A stretch of DNA of 12,409 bases from a virus (taxonomy: Duplodnaviria; Heunggongvirae; Uroviricota; Caudoviricetes): IMG/VR virus record IMGVR_UViG_3300028968_000090; one strand, given 5' to 3'. This document shows positions 1 through 5,626 of the stretch, in pieces. Each line of letters opens with the position of its first letter. Position 1 is the first letter of the stretch. A program made the position numbers and the translations under genes. The notes under the pieces were generated by a model, which saw only the letters and a list, made by a program, of their open reading frames with translations, made no database searches and was not told the DNA's origin.

Positions 1-116
1 CTTCGTGTAACTATCGTGGCGGTAACGCCCACGAAGAAATACTATTGCGCTGTGCGCAGAAGAGTAATCACCTAACCAATCATACTGATTGCTTATGTGT
101 AACTCTCTACCTCTTA

Positions 117-271
117 ATTCCACTTCCTACATTTAATAACTCTCGTTATTCTCTGTAGTTGTGTAATTACTCGAAGAGAGCGGCTAAAGCTCAATTACAC
201 TCTGCTTTCCTCGTGTAATTTCACTAAGCCTCAATACAATTTCACTTCCTACATTCTGTAGTCGTGTAATT
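117..271 (+). repeat. Dispersed composite repeat pair plus clustered GTGTAATT-type motifs
   Basis: cacttcctacatt at 121..133 and 243..255; tctgtagt(t/c)gtgtaatt at 152..168 and 255..271. The first copy is split by an ~18-bp insert, the second is contiguous. GTGTAA(T/C)T recurs at 5..12, 97..104, 163..170, 213..220, 265..272 and inverted (caattacac) at 192..200. Confidence 0.6.
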
Positions 272-341
272 GTTTTCGGTGGAAAAGCCAGAGGCGACAC
301 CGAAAGAGAATTCTGATCTTATTAATCTTATCTATCTTAGT

Positions 342-393
342 TATCTTACTTACTTATCTTACTTACTTATCTTACTTACTTATCTTACTTACT
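342..393 (+). repeat. Tandem direct repeat, 4 perfect copies of the 13-bp unit tatcttacttact, with degenerate copies on both sides
   Basis: Perfect units at 342..354, 355..367, 368..380 and 381..393. Degenerate copies at about 320..341 and 394..406. Confidence 0.85.
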
Positions 394-930
394 TTATCTA
401 CTTTATTATTAATAATAGCTTTATAAGCTCTCTGTAGCTCTCTGACGCAAGAAACAGCATTCAGGAAGGGAATCACCTTAGAAAAGTGTTCTTTGCGTCA
501 TAATGTGTTTTATGAAGGATTCAGAGGTGTTTCATAACAGAGATGTATAGAGGATACTTTAATTAATTAAAAATAAGGGGTCTAAATGCTTCTCTAACAG
601 CATTAAGCAGGGTAGAGAATGGAAACGCATTGCCTACATATATAAGCTCACTACAGGGCTTTACAGAACGTTTTATAAAGTGACTCTCTATCTTATATCT
701 ACCATTACCTTTTCATATACCTAACAAATACAAAATAAGCCCCTTAAATAAGCCTCTGGCGAGCTAAACAACCTCTACATAAGAGAATGTATTGCTTTTA
801 TCAAAACTTCGTTAGAACGCGTTTTAGAGCGTTTTAGACAATAATGAAGAATAGCACCACACAGGAGAGCACGAATTGCTAAGAAAAAATGTAAGTGCAT
901 GAAAAAGATCAGATTTTTTATGAAAAGGTA

Positions 931-959
931 TTGACAAATGTTTCTTTATATGTAATAAT
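931..959 (+). promoter_or_regulatory. Sigma70-like promoter candidate (early operon)
   Basis: TTGACA at 931..936, 17-bp spacer, TGT extended -10 element, AATAAT at 954..959. Lies about 110 bp upstream of the first plus-strand gene. Confidence 0.35.
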
Positions 960-1070
960 AGGTATTAGAGGGACAGAAAAACATTCTTCTCTAAATAATC
1001 AAAATCAATGCACTTTGAAGCCGTCAGGCTTGCAAGGTGTTTTTTCTTTTAACTGAATAAGGAGTTTTTT

Positions 1071-1259
1071 ATGAAATGGTTTACCCCGGAGCACGTTGTC
1101 TCGGCATTTAAAAAAGGTGAGCTTACACGCCATCAAGTAGTAATGAATCGTAATATGGCAAGGAGTCGAGGTTATCCAGAGCGAGCAGCTTGCTTCAATG
1201 AAGCACTCAAGATTATTGATGAACTAAGAAAAAATGAAAAAGAATCTGAAACAGAGTAA
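1071..1259 (+). CDS. Hypothetical small protein (62 aa)
   Basis: ORF with SD-like taaggag 8-12 nt upstream of the ATG; first gene after the promoter candidate. No recognisable domain. Confidence 0.5.
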   Translation: MKWFTPEHVVSAFKKGELTRHQVVMNRNMARSRGYPERAACFNEALKIIDELRKNEKESETE

Positions 1260-1278
1260 AGAATAGAAGGAGAAAACT

Positions 1279-1446
1279 ATGAGCGAAACTAAGAAACCAA
1301 TTCCGCGCACTTACCTACACGTTGACCCTGAAATCTTCAAGGTTTTATTTGCTGAAGCCAAGAAAAGGCAAATTATGGTCAGTGATTTGATGTTAGAAAT
1401 CATTACTGAAGCAGCAGAGAACATCAAACAAAAAAAGGGTAAGTGA
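1279..1446 (+). CDS. Small ribbon-helix-helix-like DNA-binding protein (55 aa); not in the supplied ORF track (below its length cutoff)
   Basis: ATG at 1279 preceded by aaggag; TGA at 1444..1446. Translation MSETKKPIPRTYLHVDPEIFKVLFAEAKKRQIMVSDLMLEIITEAAENIKQKKGK has a beta-strand then two helices, the pattern typical of Arc/CopG/MetJ-type RHH proteins. Confidence 0.45.
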   Translation: MSETKKPIPRTYLHVDPEIFKVLFAEAKKRQIMVSDLMLEIITEAAENIKQKKGK

Positions 1447-1497
1447 TCCTCATTCACTTTAGTAGCGCATTAAGCGTGATTTATAAGGAGATTTTTA

Positions 1498-2190
1498 ATG
1501 ATTAATCAACTAACTTTTACAAAACACTATGACACGTTTGATAATGTATCAAAGATTTATTCTGATAAATTCCCTCAAGGAAAAGATTTAGATCTATTAC
1601 ATATTGTGCTTTATTTTCGATTCCTTAGTTATCAGGAAAACAACCTTAATTGTTATGAAAGTCACGAAACATTAGCTAAGATTTTTAAGTCTTCATCGTC
1701 AACAATTAAACGTAAGATAAACGATCTTAAAGAGATGGGATTATTAGAAACATCCCCACATCCTGATCCGTATATTTCATCTTTGATTTACAATGCTCTC
1801 CCTCTCACAGATGCACATATTACTCCCCCAGGAGAATCATCACTCTCTGATCTTTCTGAGGCAGAAGAAGCACAGGAACAACCTAAAGGCCATAAACAGC
1901 CTTCTTTTGATGTTCTTGATGATGATTGGGATACGCCTTTACCGTGGGAGACGGAAGAAACACCTGTTTCATCAAGTGATAAGGTAGCTAATGATAATGA
2001 GGAGGATGTGTTAGAGAATTTTGCCTCTCTTATCATCCAGAAGAAACACACCAGAACAGGAGGGGCATCATTTATAGAATTTGCAAATTCACTAGCTTAT
2101 AGACACGGGCTAAAACGACCAAATGGTATTGAGGCATATTTTTCTAAGAATTACCCAAATGTGTATGAAGACTTTGATATTCCATTTTAA
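1498..2190 (+). CDS. Winged-HTH-like DNA-binding protein with acidic C-terminal region (230 aa); possible replication initiator or transcription regulator
   Basis: Strong RBS (aaggag). Segment LSYQENNLNCYESHETLAKIFKSSSSTIKRKINDLKEMGLLE resembles HTH domains of phage/plasmid replication or regulator proteins. Central and C-terminal part is rich in D/E. Confidence 0.55.
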   Translation: MINQLTFTKHYDTFDNVSKIYSDKFPQGKDLDLLHIVLYFRFLSYQENNLNCYESHETLAKIFKSSSSTIKRKINDLKEMGLLETSPHPDPYISSLIYNALPLTDAHITPPGESSLSDLSEAEEAQEQPKGHKQPSFDVLDDDWDTPLPWETEETPVSSSDKVANDNEEDVLENFASLIIQKKHTRTGGASFIEFANSLAYRHGLKRPNGIEAYFSKNYPNVYEDFDIPF

Positions 2191-2201
2191 TAAGGAGGGT
2201 T

Positions 2202-2480
2202 ATGATTCAATATTTAGTAAAAAATCAAGTAGACAGAATTCAGTGTAATGACACAGGAAAACGCATCTATGAAACGCTTGCTTACCTCTATAAAGGAAAG
2301 CCAACACCGCTAAAATATAGCGATGTGTTACATCGAGCAGGGTGCTCTGAAGATGGTTTAAAATTCTGGCTGAAACAGCTATCAAACTTCGGTGTTATAG
2401 AAATTAAAGAATTATCTTTCTCTACATTCAATCTCAAAAGACTAGATAAAGAAATAGAATTCATCTATTCCACTCTCTAA
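2202..2480 (+). CDS. Small winged-HTH-like protein (92 aa)
   Basis: Strong RBS (aaggaggg) 11 nt after the upstream stop. Segment KYSDVLHRAGCSEDGLKFWLKQLSNFGVIEIKE is HTH-like. Confidence 0.5.
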   Translation: MIQYLVKNQVDRIQCNDTGKRIYETLAYLYKGKPTPLKYSDVLHRAGCSEDGLKFWLKQLSNFGVIEIKELSFSTFNLKRLDKEIEFIYSTL

Positions 2481-2609
2481 AATCTCTCTATGTAATTAAA
2501 ATATAAAAGGAAAACATTATTATGATAGTAGCTATGTATTGGTTATTGTTCTTTCTCACGTTAGAAGCATATTTCGGGGTGTTTTCCTTTAAAAGAAAAG
2601 GAAAAATAA

Positions 2610-3020
2610 ATGGCAAAAAGAAAAAACAACGTTGTTAAGAAAATCGGTGATTCAGCTTCTCTTCTAAGTAAACCTAAATCTATTCTAAGACGTAAAGACT
2701 TTAAAGAGCTAGTTACGCTCACCAAGCAAAATAGCGCCCCTGGCGAATGGAAAACAGAGATCATAGAACATTCTCCCTCTGTGCCTTGCGGAGATGAATT
2801 TAACGCCTTACAAGAAATCTTATCTTCAACACCTGGCGTGTTCTGGAAACCTAGAAAAAGAAAAGAGTATATTGTTGATAGCTCTGATCTACGCAAATAC
2901 CAGATTTTAGGATTTGAAGATTATAATCACTACGTTGGTTATCTCGCCACCAATGGCCTAAATAACTTAGTCCCAGAATTCCAAATTCTATGTAATGCTG
3001 ATCACTATGGAGACTTTTAA
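2610..3020 (+). CDS. Hypothetical protein with basic N-terminus (136 aa)
   Basis: ORF with A-rich RBS region; lysine/arginine-rich N-terminal 35 residues. No recognisable domain. Confidence 0.5.
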   Translation: MAKRKNNVVKKIGDSASLLSKPKSILRRKDFKELVTLTKQNSAPGEWKTEIIEHSPSVPCGDEFNALQEILSSTPGVFWKPRKRKEYIVDSSDLRKYQILGFEDYNHYVGYLATNGLNNLVPEFQILCNADHYGDF

Positions 3021-3021
3021 T

Positions 3022-3360
3022 ATGAACAAAAACACGTATGACACAATTTACTCACTAATTAATTATTATGAGGATGATTACCTCCTGCCTTTAAACCGCG
3101 CTGAACTTGAAGCATACAAAGAAAACACGCCAGCGGCACTAAATGAGGCGTTTAAACACTGGGATTTAGCTGTGAATGCCTTCTCGCACCTCTCTAAGCG
3201 TGTAGAGATGCTCTGTAAGCGTGAGAACGCATATCTAACAGCGGACCAGGTATGGGAGCTATCAAACTGGATAGAAGGTCTTGAATCGGACGTTCGCTAT
3301 GTAGGAGACGGCCTTGTTGAACTAGCTCAACGCTTAGGCGCTACTATCACAGAAGAATAA
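3022..3360 (+). CDS. Hypothetical helical protein (112 aa from ATG 3022; the ORF is open from 2995)
   Basis: ORF 2995..3360 in the track. The ATG at 3022 has a ggag SD 9 nt upstream and is preferred over 2995 and 3007, which lack an SD. The stop/start overlap with the upstream gene suggests coupling. Confidence 0.45.
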   Translation: MNKNTYDTIYSLINYYEDDYLLPLNRAELEAYKENTPAALNEAFKHWDLAVNAFSHLSKRVEMLCKRENAYLTADQVWELSNWIEGLESDVRYVGDGLVELAQRLGATITEE

Positions 3361-3389
3361 AAAAAGCAACAAAAAAGTTGTAAAATATC

Positions 3390-3418
3390 TTGACATTTCA
3401 TCTATTGTATGTTAATAT
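3390..3418 (+). promoter_or_regulatory. Sigma70-like promoter candidate (late/structural operon), same architecture as the promoter at 931
   Basis: TTGACA at 3390..3395, 17-bp spacer, TGT, TAATAT at 3413..3418. Sits directly after the stop of the 3022..3360 gene. Confidence 0.4.
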
Positions 3419-3611
3419 AATTATATAGGGTGATTATTTTTCCTTTATTGGTTCGATATTAAAAATTCTTCTTGTCGTTAAAGGGGAGTAAAATCTCCGC
3501 TCCCCGCTTCTCCTCCTCCTTAAGTGTCATTATTACCTCTTTTTTCCTTTGTTATGCATACATCTTGGAGTATGCATAACATAGGGTAATTACATAGGTA
3601 CAAGTTAATAA

Positions 3612-3641
3612 AAGGCGGCTCTAAATGCTGCCTTTTATTTT
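3612..3641 (+). terminator. Intrinsic-terminator-like hairpin inside the leader of the late operon
   Basis: aaggcggc (3612..3619), 7-nt loop, gctgcctt (3627..3634): 8 pairs including one G-U, followed by ttttatttt. Lies about 60 nt upstream of the ATG at 3704. Confidence 0.4.
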
Positions 3642-3703
3642 GCCCGTTATGCAACTTAAAAGTTGTATTTCTTACTTTAAACAAGGTAACAAGGTTTATA
3701 TAA

Positions 3704-3916
3704 ATGTTGTTCTTAAATGATAAAGAGCAAATCATCAAATATAAAGATGAAATGCTGAAAATTAATCCACAAATTACCGAAATGGTAGCTAAATACGCTG
3801 GGTGTTCTGTCGAGGAAGTAGAAAGATGTGTTGAAAAATATTTTTCTCCTTCTTCTCCGTCTACACCTTCCCTTAATGAATTAATCAAATTAAAAGCTAA
3901 GGAGATTACTAAATGA
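3704..3916 (+). CDS. Hypothetical small protein (70 aa)
   Basis: ORF whose stop overlaps the next start (ATGA at 3913..3916), indicating translational coupling. Confidence 0.5.
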   Translation: MLFLNDKEQIIKYKDEMLKINPQITEMVAKYAGCSVEEVERCVEKYFSPSSPSTPSLNELIKLKAKEITK

Positions 3917-4275
3917 TTATTGATTTAGACACTCTATTTCCAGTTCGAAAGACTTTCACAGATATTGTAAGTTATTGTACTGATCCGTTTGCCTCTGTAG
4001 AAAGCAAGGTTTTTGCTTCTCTTCCTGCTGATGTTGAGTGTGGCGACTTGATCACAAGCACGGGCGCTAAATATGAATCAGGAGATGATATCTATGTTGT
4101 TATGAGTGAATTTTTAACGGCTGGAGAAAACAAGCCTGTAGATGTGCTACGTAGCAATGCTGGCCTTGTCTGCATCAAAGCTGATGCCCTGAATGCTGTA
4201 AGTGAAGCAGCAAAAACAGCATTAATTAAAAAAGGCTTCCAGCTTGAAGGCTTTAATACGGTTTTCACTTCTTAA
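3913..4275 (+). CDS. Hypothetical protein (120 aa); by position possibly a head decoration/scaffold-type partner of the downstream capsid-like gene
   Basis: Strong RBS (aaggag). Sits immediately upstream of the 342-aa gene. No sequence-level recognition of a decoration protein; the functional guess is positional only. Confidence 0.45.
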   Translation: MIIDLDTLFPVRKTFTDIVSYCTDPFASVESKVFASLPADVECGDLITSTGAKYESGDDIYVVMSEFLTAGENKPVDVLRSNAGLVCIKADALNAVSEAAKTALIKKGFQLEGFNTVFTS

Positions 4276-4293
4276 TAAAAGGAATAATAATAA

Positions 4294-5322
4294 ATGATTC
4301 TAGGTAATGATTACGTTGATTTAGCTCCGCTTTTCCAGGCTCATAGCACTAGAAACTATCTGCTCTCTACTCTTGATTTTACGGATTCTGTAGGGGTTAC
4401 ATCTCATAAAGTAGCTGTTTCCCAGCTTGTCGAAAGCAACGAATCTCTGTTCAACAAAGAAACCTCTCGTTTCTCTTCTGAACACAACGTTACTAAGCGA
4501 GAACAAGGTAAAGAATGGCTGATTGAAATCCCTTACTTCCTGCGTGAAGATGTGATCCGTCCTTCTGATGTTCAAGGCAAACGTAAACCTGGCACTGATT
4601 TTCAGGAAACACTCACTGATATTTATGCTGACTATGTTGCTAAACACCACGTAGCGTATCAGCGCACTAAAGAAAGCGTATTGGCTGCATCTCTGTTTAG
4701 CGGTAAAACTTACACGCCTAAAACTGATGATGTGTTAATTGAGTGGGGCAAGCTGTTTAACGTATCAGCTATGAAAGCCACTGTGAACGCTTCCAGCACT
4801 GACACCACGAAGATTTTTAAAGAATTTGATCAGATTGCTACTGACATTATCGAGAAAGCACAAAGCCAGGCGGCTGCTGTAGAGCGTATTGTTGTTTTCT
4901 GTAAGCCGGAAGCCTTCTCTGCAATTCGATTCTCTGCTGGTATGGCAAACGCATTCCAGTATGTAAGCCCACTGGAAGAGGGAAATGTTGTGTACCAGCG
5001 TCGTGACCTGCTACCAGGAGTGACAGCGTTCACTATTCCAGGAACTAACATTGATGTTATTAAACTGGTAGATCCGCTACATCTTGCACATATGACCGCA
5101 GACGCTGTAGCTGTGCCTAAATTCGCTAAAGGCTCTAACGTATATCAGAACATCTACGGGGCTGCTTCCAGCACCTTTGAACTGATCAATGCCGATCCTA
5201 CTGAGGTTTATAGCTACAGCTATGAATCTTCTCGTGGTGATGCTGTTAACGTTGTTACAGAGAATAGCCAGATGGTTGTAAACCACGGTGTAGGCTTCTC
5301 CGTTCAAATCACTGTTAAATAA
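4294..5322 (+). CDS. Putative phage major capsid protein (342 aa), tentatively lambda gpE-like
   Basis: Good RBS; the only gene in the element closed by a strong intrinsic terminator. Size and a few motifs (LAASLFSGKTYT, ERIVVFCKPEAFSAIRF) resemble my recollection of lambda E-type capsid proteins. The function is unverified. Confidence 0.4.
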   Translation: MILGNDYVDLAPLFQAHSTRNYLLSTLDFTDSVGVTSHKVAVSQLVESNESLFNKETSRFSSEHNVTKREQGKEWLIEIPYFLREDVIRPSDVQGKRKPGTDFQETLTDIYADYVAKHHVAYQRTKESVLAASLFSGKTYTPKTDDVLIEWGKLFNVSAMKATVNASSTDTTKIFKEFDQIATDIIEKAQSQAAAVERIVVFCKPEAFSAIRFSAGMANAFQYVSPLEEGNVVYQRRDLLPGVTAFTIPGTNIDVIKLVDPLHLAHMTADAVAVPKFAKGSNVYQNIYGAASSTFELINADPTEVYSYSYESSRGDAVNVVTENSQMVVNHGVGFSVQITVK

Positions 5323-5340
5323 TATTTAACGTGTAATAGA

Positions 5341-5374
5341 GGCGTGGCGTGTATTCACGCTTCGCCTTTTTTTT
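5341..5374 (+). terminator. Rho-independent terminator after the 342-aa gene
   Basis: ggcgtggcgtg (5341..5351), loop tatt, cacgcttcgcc (5356..5366), then 8 T at 5367..5374. Confidence 0.75.
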
Positions 5375-5408
5375 ATTTATTTTTTAAATTTTGAGAGGTG
5401 ATTAAAAT

Positions 5409-5612
5409 ATGGAAGTGATTCTGAAATCAAAAAATGGTGTACACGTACATTTAGATGCTAATGATTCTAGAGGCTTGTTAAATCTGAAATATCTATGTTC
5501 TCTCTTAGATGTTCCATATGAAGGAGTAAAAGCCCGTATGTTCAGATTAAACGAGAGCATTGATCAGGCTCTACACCATTTCTTAAGCAAAGAAGGTGAT
5601 AAAAATGATTAA
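5409..5612 (+). CDS. Hypothetical small protein (67 aa)
   Basis: ORF with gagagg RBS; stop lies 14 nt before the next gene's start. Confidence 0.45.
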   Translation: MEVILKSKNGVHVHLDANDSRGLLNLKYLCSLLDVPYEGVKARMFRLNESIDQALHHFLSKEGDKND

Positions 5613-5626
5613 TAAGGGGATTTTAA

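Noticed and set aside
342-393. Possible CRISPR array
   Set aside because: The units are contiguous 13-bp repeats with no spacers; there is no leader or cas context and the units are too short.
444-500. Inverted repeat tgacgcaa / ttgcgtca separated by about 40 bp, and the hairpin at 583..606
   Set aside because: The arms are short, imperfect and widely spaced with no terminator tail; not distinguishable from chance in AT-rich non-coding DNA.
1-1000. Insertion sequence or transposon with terminal inverted repeats
   Set aside because: No transposase ORF and no flanking target-site duplication are evident; the repeats are better explained as regulatory or origin sites.
1788-2051. Antisense and alternative-frame ORFs overlapping the 230-aa gene (1788..2051 minus, 1793..1987 plus) and the minus ORF 2200..2385
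   Set aside because: They are fully embedded in better-supported plus-strand genes, have no RBS, and look like translation artefacts.
2561-2896. Minus-strand ORFs inside the plus-strand genes (2561..2896, 3520..3888, 4321..4650, 4830..5051, 5077..5307, 6275..6466, 6433..6936, 7517..7801, 8560..8772)
   Set aside because: Each is antisense to, or overlaps, a stronger co-oriented ORF with an RBS. 3520..3888 would run across the predicted promoter, leader and terminator region.
4675-4710. P-loop-like motif (ASLFSGKT) in the 342-aa protein suggesting an NTPase
   Set aside because: It is a short [AG]-x4-GK[ST] match at an internal position with no Walker B context, so most likely chance. Noted only as a caveat to the capsid call.
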